A stretch of DNA of 64,000 nucleotides from Octopus vulgaris (GCA_951406725.2 OX597838.1:5146001-5210000); one strand, 5' to 3'. Numbered from the stretch's first letter, positions 46,355-61,152 are shown. Numbers and translations: made by a program. The notes: a model not told the origin generated them from the sequence alone.

Positions 46355-46610
46355 TACACACACATACACATATACTTCCCTACATATACGCCCACACAAA
46401 CACTTAGACACATACATACACACACATACACATATACTTCCATACACATACGCCCACAAAAACACTTAGACACAGGCATACACACACATACACATATACT
46501 TCCATACACATACGTGCATAAAAACGCTTAGACACAGGCATGCACACACATACACATATACTTCCCTACACATACGCCCACACAAACACTTAGACACAGA
46601 CATACACACT
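46355..46610. repeat. 62-bp minisatellite, about 4 copies
   Basis: TACTTCC recurs at 46373, 46435, 46497 and 46559. Confidence 0.9.
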
Positions 46611-47134
46611 CACACAGAGTTACATAGACACACACAGAGAAAAAACAAAATACAAACACACACACACACACACACGCACACACACAATGTGGAATCGTAC
46701 ACTAAGCCGCGTGGGCGAACATACGCACTGGAGAGGCACGGACAGATTGCGTCTTAGTCTAAATTAAACATTTGCAGACATTTTAGTTGTTCATCATCAT
46801 CATGATCATCATCATGGTCATGATCATCATCCTCATCATCATCATCAACATTTTTGTTGTTATTATTATTTAACAACTTTGATAAGAAAAACTGTTAAAG
46901 GAAGGAAATTATATTTCTTCTATCTTTTATTTCCGTTTTTTTTTTCGCTTTTTTTTCTTTCTGCTATTTGTTTTTATTTTATTTTCATTTTTCTTTATAA
47001 TTATTTTACCGTTGAAATCTTTTGTTTCTTTTCTTCTATACTGATTTCCATTTAAACGAGGAGAACACAACATAAGACCGGTCAGAATACACACATACGT
47101 AAATGCACACAAATATGTATCATTTATATATGTG

Positions 47135-47194
<60 letters not shown>

Positions 47195-47564
47195 AATGTA
47201 TGCACATATATATATGTATATATATATATACATGTATGCATATATTCATATATATATATATATGTATACGTATATATATATATGTATATATATACATATG
47301 TACATATATTTATTAATACATATACATATACATATATATATACATTATATATATATACATATATATATACATATACACATATATACACATATATATATAT
47401 ATACATTATATATATATATATATACATATACATATACATATATATACATATATACATATACATATATATATATGTATGTATATATATATATATATATATA
47501 CATATATATATACATATACATATACATATAGATATATATATATGTACACATATATATATGTGTA

Positions 47565-47643
<79 letters not shown>

Positions 47644-48937
47644 CATTCAATATATAAATTCATTATATAAAGAAGAAAGGAAAAAAAAAACTCGAACGAA
47701 AAGAGGATAGCAATCAAAACATACAAGTAAATACAACAGTTGCATCAGTCCTATACTTAGAGCAGATGGAGTCTTAACGGCATCTGGTTCAAGGGATAAT
47801 TTTATTGCCAACAGATAAAAGTCAAATCAAATTAGTCTTAGCAAGTCGAAAACTCTAACTTCTTACGTATTATGATTTCACCTTTTGAACTAGATGCTGA
47901 GGAAAATCGATGTATTTAGCTGCCATATCTCCAAATAGTTGCTGTGTCTGTGTCAATTCTCTGCTAAAATTTAAGATTCCATTGCATCTCTTATTGCAAT
48001 AATATAATAGTGTTTAGCTGTCTGCAGACTGCGTAGAGGGAAAAACACTCTATTTCCTGCTGCCGAAATAGGCACACAGTCTCGCATTCACACATTGATA
48101 CATACAGAGGAAAACCTTCTTAACGTTAGGAGTTCAAGTTCAGGATGACTGGAGCCAATAGCAAAAGCCATACCAATATTTCTCTCAGATTAACAGGAGG
48201 TTTGTTATGTTCATCTCCATGCAAATGTTTATATTGGGGATATTGCATTCCAAGTGTATGAGTGTGTCTATATTTGCGTATACGTCGGAGCCCCACTGTT
48301 TATGTGTGTTACGGTGAATAACTGCCGGTTGATATCTGGATGCATCTGTATGTTTCTAAGTGTGTATTTGTATCTGACTGTACAATCTATTTGAACAAAA
48401 AAGCGTGTGTTAGCTTTGCTTCAGTTTGTATGCACTTATAAATAGTCGAAGTTGATGTTATATCTCCAAACAAATGTAGATATTTTCTCCGATGCAGATA
48501 TACCCAAAATTAAAAACTACTCAAATTAATCCACACTACACGTCCACCGAGACACAAAACATGAATAGTAACCACATTGCTGACCTCTCACTGCCCGGTT
48601 CAAATGGTGTTTTTCTTATCATGTGACCAGACTATCATGCTGTCATAGATCACCGGCCACAATGCGCTGTTCATTGTGTTAGCATTTGAATGATGTCACC
48701 CTCCAAGCGGGCTAGCATTTTGCTTGTGGGGAACGCTATTTCGTGGGAAGGTAAGACATGTACAGCTGAGTGACAGGAGCAACGTGAAATGACGGGTTTT
48801 GCTCGAGACTAAAAGGGGCCACATTTTTTTTAAAACCTGGTGTTTATTCTCTTCATCTCTTATTGGCCGAACAGCTGAGGTACGGCGACATAAACACACT
48901 AACACCGGTTGTCAAGCAGTAACGTGGGACAAAGACA

Positions 48938-48973
<36 letters not shown>

Positions 48974-49134
48974 AACACACATACAATCGATCCTGTGATT
49001 TGTCTGCATATATGCATGAATGCATACATACATTGTTTTGCTTATCTACATTCGAATTATGGAATCCAGATCGTTTTTCAGAGGAAGAATTTAAATAACT
49101 AAAAAAGAAAAGAGAAACATATATATATATGTGT

Positions 49135-49171
<37 letters not shown>

Positions 49172-49789
49172 CGTGCGTATGAGTGTGTGTGTGGTTAAGT
49201 ATTTATATTTCTATATATTTACACATATCTATGTTTAATTATACTATTATATTTACATGCATATATGATCATCTGTATTCCTCACGAATTGTATCGCGAT
49301 TTTGACCGTTAGACAATATCACCAAAAATACACATAGCTAGAAAGCGTTAAGGAGTAAATAGTTTTTAAGGGATTGAACAAACTAAGCCGCAGCAACGCG
49401 ACGAAAATCAATAAAAACTCAAGTGTCCTTTTACAATAAACATACATCATAAAATTAACAGTCCACGATGAAGTACTCTTATTCATATCGTGAGCACATA
49501 TGGGTTATCACCAAAGGAAAGGTTGGATGCACTATAGAGACCTGTAAGTTTATTTCTGTATCGAGTGAAAAACGTTATTTTTATCAGATGAATTTCTAAC
49601 GAGATACAAAAATTGTTTAATCTAGTGAATCCTGCTGACGGTGAGTTAGCACCTGTTTTAAAAACGCTTTTTCATTTCTTTATGATGTTGTTAATTGTGC
49701 AGCAAAAAATATTTTTAGATTTATTTCAGTTGGATGATAGATTCATAAATACAAACTCTCTCTCACACACACACATACATATATATACG

Positions 49790-49846
<57 letters not shown>

Positions 49847-49881
49847 TTACATTCATATATATATATATATATGTATGTATA

Positions 49882-49936
<55 letters not shown>

Positions 49937-50242
49937 GTATACACACTCACACACATTCACATATATATACTTTTACATACAACACACATATATCTATAAT
50001 ACCTGTGTGAGTGTAGGTATGTATGTATATTAGTAAACGTGGATGTTAGTCTCTGAGTAAAGAAGATATATACACTATTCGTGAGAAAAAATTATACCAA
50101 TTTCTCTTCACTGGAAAAAAATTAAGTTACACTAGTTTTATCTGCTTGCAAACATACATACATACATACATACATGCACACGTGCGTACATGCATACATA
50201 TCCATGCGTGCACACGCGCCCGCAAACATGCACACATACTCA

Positions 50243-50277
<35 letters not shown>

Positions 50278-50639
50278 CTTTATATGTCTATCTATCTCTG
50301 AGACATCAAACTAGGCAATGATGCGCCGCTCATGCGCCATTTTGGCTCTGCCTTGTCATTCAGTATCCTGGTAAATGGTAAAATTAATTCGACTAAAAAT
50401 TCTTTAATGCGTCGTTCCAGCATGGGTGCAGTTTAATGTCTGAAACAAGTGACAAATAAAAAAAACCATGTTTCCATTTATTTCTTCTCAAGCAGACTCA
50501 GTTTTAGCGGTCTGACCATTTTGGCAAAAAATATTAAAAAATAAAAGAAATAGCGTAAAATACCATTGACCTTGTTTTATGGGACAGGATACTCTCCAGC
50601 AAATTTTATTCCCAAAGTTAAGTAAAACCGCAGTCGAGG

Positions 50640-50850
50640 CAGATACAGGTGTCACGCAATGGCACCCGTGCCGGTAGCACGTAAAAGAAGCCATTGCATT
50701 CTCGGAGTGGTTAAGCGTTAGGAAGGCCATCCAGCCGTACAAAACATGCGTCTGGAGTAGCCTTCCAGCCTGCCAGCCCTGATCAAACTCTGGTCCAACC
50801 CGTGACAGCATGGACAAGAGACGTTAAATGATGATGATGATAATGATGAA
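50640..50850 (+). mobile_element. retroposon 3' part (family G, RTE-type tail) ending in (GAT)n
   Basis: GGTTAAGCGTTAGGAAGGCCATCCAGCCGT...CAGCATGGACAAGAGACGTTAAATGATGATG. Family assignment is inference. Confidence 0.55.
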
Positions 50851-51292
50851 GATGGTGATAGTATAATCCGACTAGTAATTATAGAAATGCATATTTGCTC
50901 GAGATGCTGAGCAATGGAATTGAAACCGCGCTTTGGCACGACTGCCAAGCAATGGTTAAGCCGTACTGCACGTAAAAAAGAATATACCACTGTAAGAGAT
51001 AGACTACTAATATACCAATTTTAATCGCGTATGTTTATTAATGGTGGATACAAATTATACGGAAATGAATGTAAAGAGAAATGGCAGGAATCTAATGTTA
51101 TGTTGGTTTTTCGATTCGTTCTTCTTTTTTAATACAAGTTTTCAATCACGAGTATTGCATATTGATTCTACATATCAAATGTATGTGCATATATACATAT
51201 ACACTTATACATACTTATATACATGAATATACACACCTATATATATGAATATAAATATATACATATATATGCACACATATATAAATATATAA

Positions 51293-51335
<43 letters not shown>

Positions 51336-51381
51336 AATATATATATAAAGGTAGATAAAGGTAGATACAGATAAATATATA

Positions 51382-51425
<44 letters not shown>

Positions 51426-51974
51426 TAAATACACACAAACATAGACACCCCCCACACACACACATATATAACGTACGTATGTAACACACACATAGGCATT
51501 AAACAGCGGATACGAATAGAATTATAGAAATAGGTTTAGATTAAATGAATTTCAATGAAGACAATTCGAAATCGCAAATTATTAATATCGTATTGCACGG
51601 TTATAAAAAGCAATCATGCCCGGCAGACAAAATATATTACAACGTCTGCTATTGAGAGTGGTTGGAATGAAAATATAAAAATTCACTCGAAAATGAGACT
51701 GCACCGGCATTTTAATCGCTTGTTGAAGTAATTTCCTTCCATTCAAGACGTATGACGTGTTCCAATGTCGCCGTAGATACACATTCACATAAGAATAGAG
51801 AGTAAATAATGTTGGCGACGTATGTATATAAGCGCGTGTATATAAGTATATATATATATATATATATATACGTTACTAAAATGAGTGGGGGTGCAAAGCC
51901 TATAAATTTGGCTTTAGGTGGTGGTTAAATTGCTAATAAACCACCAATAATATATATATATATATATATATATA

Positions 51975-52205
51975 GTTAATCCAAACAAGAAAACACAGAA
52001 AAAAAGAGAAAAAAAACAAAAAAACACAGCAACGCAGGACGTGGAACACTTAAAATATTATTGACGCTCAGGAAAGAAGGGAAGGAGGGTTTAACGTTTC
52101 GAGCGGAGCTCTTCGTCAGAAACAAGGAGAAGGAAAGATCCCAAGAAGGGAAGACAGAGGAAAAAATATTTGAGCTGGTGGTGCTCAAGAGATCACATGT
52201 TGAAA
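51975..52205 (-). mobile_element. Penelope-like terminal fragment related to family F
   Basis: Shares TATT..ACGCTCAGGAA and ACGTTTCGAGC...GCTCTTC..CAGAAA with the 25185 and 40807 copies. Confidence 0.65.
52089..52123 (-). ncRNA. ultra-minimal type-I hammerhead ribozyme, canonical core
   Basis: Minus strand GTTT-CTGACGA-AGAGC tcc GCTC-GAAA-CG-TT-AAAC; palindromic AACGTT stem III. Confidence 0.75.
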
Positions 52206-52239
<34 letters not shown>

Positions 52240-52257
<18 letters not shown>

Positions 52258-52410
52258 TTTCTTGTTTGAGCTCAGAGCTGCGGCCATGCTGATGCACCGC
52301 CGTTTTTATTATTATTAATATTATTAATAAGGTTCTTGCCTGGAACTGAACTCGGAATATTGGGGTTAGTAGCCCATGCTCTTAACCACTACGTCATGTG
52401 CCTGTGGGCA
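52240..52410 (-). mobile_element. short SINE: tRNA-like head + CR1-like 3' motif + poly(A)
   Basis: Minus strand TGACGTAGTGGTTAAG (A box), GAGTTCAGTTCC (B box), then GGCGGTGCATCAGCATGGCCGCAGCTCTGAGCTC and an A run. Confidence 0.8.
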
Positions 52411-52424
52411 AGATTAAAGTGGAC

Positions 52425-52496
52425 TGCCGTGACCAGGATTCGAACCTGGGTTACCAAGGCAACAACGTGGGGTCATAACCACTAGACGGTCACGGC
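52425..52496 (-). tRNA. tRNA-His-derived gene/pseudogene with anticodon GTT
   Basis: 72 nt GCCGTGACCGTCTAGTGGTTATGACCCCACGTTGTTGCCTTGGTAACCCAGGTTCGAATCCTGGTCACGGCA; about 4 differences from invertebrate tRNA-His(GTG) as recalled; acceptor and T arms perfect, one anticodon-stem mismatch. Confidence 0.88.
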
Positions 52497-52503
52497 TATG
52501 TGT

Positions 52504-52651
<148 letters not shown>

Positions 52652-52692
52652 CATATATATATATAAGGTTGGAGGAATTTGAATTAGAATCA

Positions 52693-52993
52693 ATGCCCCA
52701 TCCACCATATTTGCCAGACATTACACGATCTGATTATCATTTGTTCCGCAGTCTTCAAAACCATTTGGATGGAAAATTATGAATTCTATAGACTTGGAGG
52801 AGTATATTTCCGTCACGAACAAGTCTATCCTCGAAGAGGAGCCGTGAAAGTATACAGGATAGATGGAAAAAGCCTTGTAGAAAATGAAGGAGAGCAAATT
52901 CTATAAAAAAAAAATTAAAAAAAATTTGTTTATCTTAATTTTGAAAAATTAGAGAAGTATGAAAAAACGCTTTATTTATGGGATGACCCAATA
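52693..52993 (+). mobile_element. mariner 3' fragment with terminal inverted repeat
   Basis: [27 protein letters not shown]; ends TTATTTATGGGATGACCCAATA followed by TA. Confidence 0.85.
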
Positions 52994-53297
52994 TACATAT
53001 AAGTGTGTGAATGTGTGTGTATGTATGTATGTGCATGTTTGTGTATGTGTGTTTATGGGGGCCGGCATGTCAAAAAATAAGGTTATCATGTCCTATGCGA
53101 CACGTAAGGGGCGACAACAAAAGATTGACGAAGTATTTGAACTCCGTTCTCAAATCCTGACCAATAACGATTACCCAAAACAGAGTTTTGGGCTGGAAGA
53201 TTTTCGGCTGAGGCGTGCAAAGGCGTCATCCGCCAGGATTAGGCAGTCAGAAACAAATGCCGAATGCAGCAACGCGCTGTTATAACGCATGCACCCC

Positions 53298-53334
<37 letters not shown>

Positions 53335-55407
53335 TATATATATGCGCGTGTATGTGTGTATATAAGAATATATTTAGCATCTATGCTTCAACAATGAATC
53401 AAGAGTTGATGATTACCTAACAAAGCACTTGGCAATTGCTTGACAAACACTTTAGTATCGAAAACCTCACACTCTATATATTGTTTTTTTTTTATGTACA
53501 AGGAATATATTTATTTTCAAACAAGTGATGTTAAAATTTTGACTGTGTTTGATCGTTTCAGCTAGGAGTTATGATGATGTATGAGATTTATATTTTCTTT
53601 AGAAAACAGCAATTTGTTTCTAAAGGCAATTAACGTTTGGAAACATAATTTTACGTCTCAAATGTCATCGTATTTCTAAAAATATATTTCTAAAAGTGAT
53701 GGTGTGTATATTTATTTTGCGATGTATGTATATGTATATGTGTATACGTGTTTGTGTGTATGAGCTAGATTGTAAATATGTTTGTACACGAATGAACATG
53801 AGTAAATTGGAAGGGAAAAAATGCAGAACATTGAGAGATATTATATTTTGGCGAAAACTCCAGAAAATGTTTGGCTGTACATAACTTATTGTATCCGCCC
53901 ATCAGGTTATAGAAGTGGCATTGCTAGCAATTGTACTTTTATGATGCGAAAGAGGAAATATATTTAGTCTCGTGTGTTTGTTATACAGGGTGATCAAAAA
54001 GTATCTATGCAGATATGCTTGGAAAAGTTTCACTGAACTTGTGTCTCACAGTATCTCTGAGTTTCTATTATTGAAGTGGGTAGGGTCCCTGAAGCATATA
54101 TTATTAGTATCTCGCGGATTAAAGTGGGATCCTGGTGCATAATTCATATTAATACACCTCGTTTTTGCGTCTATTGCAAGAGGCAATTATGGATCCCAAT
54201 TTACGCGTCGTAGAGTAACAAATTTTAATCAAGCATTTATTCAGGATGGAATAGTATTTATGGTGTGGCGGAAAATTAGACTTAAGCCTTTGAAAAATTG
54301 CGTGGGTAAAGATTTAACTTGGAGAGTTGTGGCGGAAAATCATAAGATTACCCGTTTCCCGTCCTCGGAAGACTTAAAACGTGGAGTAAGAATGGTCAGA
54401 CTATCCTGAGTGACTTTAGCATCTTGAACCACTCAGGCTGCCGGAATATTGGCAAATGTTATGGTTTGCGGCACCATTTGTTTTATTCAGGTTAAATGCT
54501 TATTCAAGATTGAAGATCAAATGTTTTGTTCGAATAAACAACACGCCGTCCGGTCCGGAGAATCGAAATTACAATCCGTAAATCTCAATCACTATGTCGC
54601 AATCGTGATTGGGACACATTAAACTATGACATATATATATATGTTCCATTTGCTAAAGGGTTTGCAAGGCACCAACAGACACCGAGACATATTCCTGTCC
54701 ATAGAACATGATTAACGCTTTATTTTACTGAAGTCTCATTTGTCGTTCACGATAAGAGAACACATCACACACCCACACATACGCACACATATGTGTGTAT
54801 ATGTGTGTGTGTGTGTATGTGTGTGTATGTTTGTGTGTGTGTGTGACGCGTGTGAGAGAGAGGGAGAGAGAAGGAGAGAGAGAACTGTAGTTTCCCTTTG
54901 AAGGATTTAGTGGATCGCATATTTAATTTATTTTATGGAAATGAGCCTCAGAATTTGAAGAAATTCTAATTAGCGCTTGATTGATAGTGAATGCTAGGGA
55001 GATTTCTCATCTGTCCTTATTCAAACTGTGACTTCAACGCATCGCAAATAAAGGCTGAAAATAATTTTTGTCCTTTGTGTATTTTTGTGTATATGCAAGT
55101 TTGTAAAATTCTGAGTATCCATTCTTTTCAATTGTATATCCGAGACATACAGCCTCCATAAATATTGAGTTTTTTTCTTAATTTGAAAAAATTTGTTCAA
55201 GCACCTCTCTTATCACGACACACACACACACACGTACCCATCTGCAGATATAAGAAAGGGTATGTCTTCCTAGCTGTATCTAACACTTTCCCACCCATGG
55301 TGACATACGCATGCAGTAACAGTACACATACATACATATCTAAGTATATGTACGCGAAGGTATGCTTATGCATGCATGTAATATGTAGGCATAACTATCA
55401 TCTATGT

Positions 55408-55455
<48 letters not shown>

Positions 55456-55699
55456 TATATGTGTGTGTGTGTGTGTGTATTTATATGTGAGTGAGTGTGT
55501 GTGTGTATGTACAAGTATATATGTGTAAAAGTCTCTCTCTCATTCTGCCTGTGTCTCTCTATATATGTTTGTATCTTGATAGCTATCTTTCTACTTAACT
55601 AAGTCTGTGTCCGTATGTGTGTGAATCTATGTATATATATATATATATATATATACATACACACATACACACACACACGCATATATATATATGTGTATT

Positions 55700-55737
<38 letters not shown>

Positions 55738-56277
55738 AATTATAATTACATCAGCTAAATGAATTGCAAAAGGAAAGAGGGCAATATATTTTAGTAATTT
55801 GTATTGTAAGCTGTTTTAATATGATTCATTTCAGATTGTAGAGAAAGAAGAATTAAGCATCAATACAATGGCTGTAAAAAAACCACAAGAACATGAACAA
55901 CAACAAAAGAACATTGAAATAAAACAAACAGAAAAAAAATAACGGCAGCGGCAACAATAGCAACGCCATCAAAACCAACACTAAGAAGAAGAAGAACAAC
56001 AACAACAACAATATCGTTAACTGAAATACTGAGAAAAGAAATCATTATTATAAATGTGAGTCGGCTATTGGAAAGCATTTCGTTGCCAACTCCGGGTCTT
56101 TACGCTGGCAAATATCAAAGTCAGTATTTTCTGTCTCAAATTGACAAACAACATTGACCTTTCTTTAGTTTAGGCAACCGAGGTCAGATGTTCGTTGCTT
56201 TATATGGAGTCGAATCCTAGACATAATGTCTATAACATGTGTGTATAGCGTATATATAAACTTATATATGTGTGTCT

Positions 56278-56319
<42 letters not shown>

Positions 56320-56695
56320 GGTGTTGTTCGTCTGTGTGTATATATTTGTTTATTTGTATTGCTTAGTTTGGTTTTTTGGACAAGTCCTAATCGATGTTTG
56401 ATATCGAGAAACTCTATGGAGTAAAACAGGAAAAGAACAATAGACACAAAGAAAATCCTGCGAATGAATCAAGGTAATTTTAAGCATTATTATATTACAT
56501 TTTAAAAGAAGTCCTTCTCCCATAGCTCAATACATATCGTAATTTTATATGCTGCTTATTAAAGTTGTATTAACATTCTTCTCGTTTGGCCTGCAACTTG
56601 CGCATTCTGCAGACCTTCAGTGTTTTGTATTTGGAGATTTTCTGCATCACAGCACATGCTTATTTATTTATTATTTATTTTTTTGTCGTTTATAG

Positions 56696-56840
56696 AAGAG
56701 AACGAAAAGGCCATCGTTCAATTGTTCTCCAATTCTGAAGAAATCTATGCTGTGAATGATTTGTACGAAGCTTGTCGCCACTCAACGTGGACAAAATTGA
56801 GAGAGAAAGATAACGATGATCCGGCCCTAGGAAATCGCTG
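56696..56840 (+). CDS. candidate internal coding exon of an unidentified gene (ENEKAIVQLFSNSEEIYAVNDLYEACRHSTWTKLREKDNDDPALGNR)
   Basis: T-rich tract plus TAG acceptor, 145 nt open with protein-like composition, CTG|GTAGTT donor (weak). No homology recognised. Confidence 0.55.
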
Positions 56841-57049
56841 GTAGTTTATCTGGTTGCTATAATGAATATTTGAAGGCTGACTTTGAGTAATACGGACATG
56901 TGATTGATAGGTTTCCGACAAACCGGAAAGCAGTCCGTTTCACCAATTATTCAAGAAATTGATTACGTAATTACTGAATTAATTATCTTGGGAAAAATAA
57001 TAATCCTAATATATAACATCTATTTCAGCATGCAATCTCCAAGTTCCAG

Positions 57050-57375
57050 GAATATAAGTTACGAGGACGTAAACAAAACAACACCGGTTGTTTAGCGATT
57101 GTAGATGACAGACATAAAAGTGAAGATACACACACACACACGTATTCTCTCTCTCTCACTCTCTCTCTCTCTCTCTGTCTCTGTCTCTCTCTCGCTCTAC
57201 CTCACTCACTCACAGAGTCGAATACACTGACATGCACACATATAAGACGGGCTTCTTCCAGTTTCCATCTCTCAAATCCATGTATGAAATCGAGGCTATA
57301 ACAGAAGAGACTTGTTCATGTTGCCATGCACACGGAGCCATGTTGTTGGAGGCAAACATCATTCCACACAGCCAC
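57050..57375 (-). mobile_element. SINE family A, divergent
   Basis: GACGTAAACAAAACAACACCGGTTG...GACGGGCTTCTTCCAGTTTCC...CCACACAGCCAC. Confidence 0.75.
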
Positions 57376-57470
57376 GTCGTCACCTCCACACATTTATATT
57401 AAAACAGTTTTTCAGGGACAAAATGACGGTGGTTTCACATTCCACCTCCTCGTCCTCTTCCCCCTCCTTT

Positions 57471-57472
<2 letters not shown>

Positions 57473-57538
<66 letters not shown>

Positions 57539-57586
57539 ATCCTACTACTACTACTACTACTACTACTACTATTACTATCACCTACA

Positions 57587-57623
<37 letters not shown>

Positions 57624-57658
57624 ATCCTACTACTACTACTACTACTACTACTATCACT

Positions 57659-57693
<35 letters not shown>

Positions 57694-57702
57694 TCACCTA
57701 CA

Positions 57703-57733
<31 letters not shown>

Positions 57734-57768
57734 ATCCTACTACTACTACTACTACTACTACTATCACT

Positions 57769-57805
<37 letters not shown>

Positions 57806-57890
57806 GTTGCTGCTGCTGCTGATACTACCACCACAACCACTACTACTACTACTACTACTCCTACTAATACTACTACTACTACTACTACTA
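57473..57890. repeat. (CTA)n array with higher-order variant units
   Basis: CTAATCCTA and CTATCACCTACAA variants recur. Confidence 0.92.
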
Positions 57891-58459
57891 ATGGAGAGCA
57901 AAGTAGACGGGATATACACAATATTTCTGAGAGCGGCACCTAACACCAAATTGCAGTCCTACAAAACAAAACAAATCCTGTATGGTAATCTTTCAAGAGT
58001 CACCATAATAGAGAGACGTCTATAGAGTTTACCTGCAAAACACGAGTGTACAGTGACGATCCTATCTTCAAAGTAATTTTAAATACTCCATTAATTTTAG
58101 TAAGCGATGACGTTAAAATAGATCACCGTTAGTTTGAATATCGGACTCGTGAAGTTAAGAAGTTTCAGTTACATTTTTGTTTTCTGCATCAAAATATATG
58201 TACTTTCCTAGGGTTGTTGCTTTTTTTTTCTCTGTTGTGTTAGTTTATATGTATATATGTTATGAGCGAGGAGTTGTCACTGTTCTCTTTGCATGTAGGC
58301 GTGGGTAAGTAACTACCAATAAAAGAAACTTCGATGATTAGAAAACGAATGGAGTTATCTCTTTCAGAACGGTTATATACGGACGCTCAGACATATACAT
58401 AAGCAGAATACGCAATCGTTTATTTACATGTTGTTTTACTTTATCATGTATGTGAGTAT

Positions 58460-58552
<93 letters not shown>

Positions 58553-58632
58553 TGTATACATATATATAATATACACACGAATATAGATATAGATATATAC
58601 GTATATAAATCACAATCATAAACATATGATAT

Positions 58633-58690
<58 letters not shown>

Positions 58691-59079
58691 GAATATGTGT
58701 ATATATATGCGCATATGTTTAGGTATGTATGTAAATCTATATATAAACATATATATATATATATACACATATATGTGTATCACGTAAATATTTTTAAAGA
58801 GTAAATGTGCTTTCAATAATTCATATTCACTTGATCAACTCATTTTCCATCTGATCTATTGCATAATACATACGTACATGCATGCATACATAGATACACA
58901 CAAACACATATATAGACATATATTTATATATATACATATATATAAACACATACAGACACACACACACATATATAGATATACATTTACATAATCATACAAA
59001 TATGTATACACATATATGCATATGTATATATGTATCCCTACATATATATATACAAACATTTATACATATAGATATATAC

Positions 59080-59111
<32 letters not shown>

Positions 59112-59293
59112 TTTATATATATATATACATATCTACACATTCAGTGTTTATACATATTTATACATAAATACATACTATTCACATATAATGTATAACTCTA
59201 TAGACATACCTCCTACGTTATGTACAGTTTTTCCATTTCTCGAGTTTATTTTACAACATAACTTTTACATATGTATATACGTAAGTATGTATG

Positions 59294-59338
<45 letters not shown>

Positions 59339-59890
59339 TTTTCCATCGTAACTTCTATTTTCACTTTGACATATATAAAGCGCATACCCATGAGAAATGA
59401 AACGTAAAATTATGAATATAGAGCGGGTGCAAATATTATTTACTTCACAAAAGAGAAACAGCTGAATGAAAGAACCGCAGCATACCGTTTGATGTGCTGT
59501 ATTAAATGGACTGCAAAGTAAAAATTGAATGTGTTAATACCATTAAATATCATATGTTAACAGCACAGGCACTACAACATTACTGAGATCGGAAATCTGC
59601 ATATTAGCAGTTAAAGAGATAATTAGAGGAATATATAAATAGAAAGAGAAAGAGAGAGAGAGAAATAAAAAGGTGAGAGGGAAATGGTGATAAACATAGA
59701 CACACACACACACACGCACACCTATTCACATGAGTACACATATATATATGTATGTATATAAAGGAAGAAAGACGGAGAAAACGAATAATTTAAAACACTC
59801 AACGTGTTTTCATTGAAATGAATAGAGCTATGAAGATAGTATATACTTATATGCAAGTGCGTTGATATCACACGAATGTATGTATGTATG

Positions 59891-59960
<70 letters not shown>

Positions 59961-61152
59961 CGCATATGTTTTAGAATTGGATAAATGAATGTGCATGTAT
60001 ATATATGTATACACATGTACATACATACATGCATATATATATATATATATATACCTATATGTAAATGTTTACACACATACATAGACACATGTATATGTTT
60101 ACATATATACGTTGTATACAATTGTTTGGAGATATATATATATGTGTGTGTGTGTGTTTGTATGTATATATATATATATATATATATACATATATGTGTG
60201 TGTGTTTTTATGTGTATGCGTGTGAAGAACTCTATTTTGTTGTAGAGCTTTGTCGGACGCTAAAATTTGACTCCATAAACTCAAAATATTCCAGTTTCCT
60301 TTTGGGAAACCCTCAGATTCTAATAGGAAACAGTTAAATGCTATTGGCTCTGCATTACCAAAGACCTTTTGAGGATTGGAAATTCGATTAACTCCGATGG
60401 AACAGAATAGGAAAAGAGGAAAACGTGAGAAGCTGTAGAAGCATAAAGAAAAACGACCGTTTGCCAAGTGTATGTGAGACTGTTGGATTTAAATGTGTAG
60501 ATGAAAAATATTGTGCATAAGAGACATTTTCTTTTTGTCATTACTTGCAACATCTTTGGTTTCAAATACGTCAAACACTAAAGCAACGTATGATAAAAAT
60601 CTGTCACTTAAGTAAAATATTTTTCTTGGAATTGACGTCACTTTGGCCATGAAAGCACTATCATATTATTTTTCAGCTATTTAAGTTTCAGAAAGCTGTT
60701 TAACATATCTGTTAATTGAAAATCCTTTTCTTAAACAATAAGTAACCGAGTTTGTATGGCGATTAAGAAAAGAGATAGACGAAAGTAATTTACAAAACGT
60801 CCAAAAATGCTAAGTTTACATGAAGAGGAGAAACATTTGTAAGGTTTGTTGAAATTTTGCTAAACTGAATAATTAGATTTAAAACATCGAATGATAAATG
60901 TTGAAGAACTTGTAGTCTGATGCCTAGACAAAATATTTTGAAATGTTGATTCAATTTTAAATTAATTTGGAGGTATTCGCTGTTTGTTTGATGAATGATA
61001 GAGTGTGTTCCTCTCTTTTGTAGAGGGATATACACTGATCGTAGACGAATCAATTTACTTTAGTTTACACACACAGACACACACGCACACACACACACAC
61101 ACGCACATACACACATATATATATTTATATATATATTTATATATATATATAT

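Noticed and set aside
46355-46610. Regularly spaced repeats as a CRISPR-like array
   Set aside because: Units are wholly repeated with no unique spacers, in a eukaryotic context.
53983-54030. TACAGGGTG Tc1-like terminal motif
   Set aside because: No matching inverted end or transposase motif found nearby.
60099-60467. Complex-looking ORF or exon near 60245-60467
   Set aside because: No convincing acceptor/donor pair on either strand; joining to the 56840 donor would create TGA.
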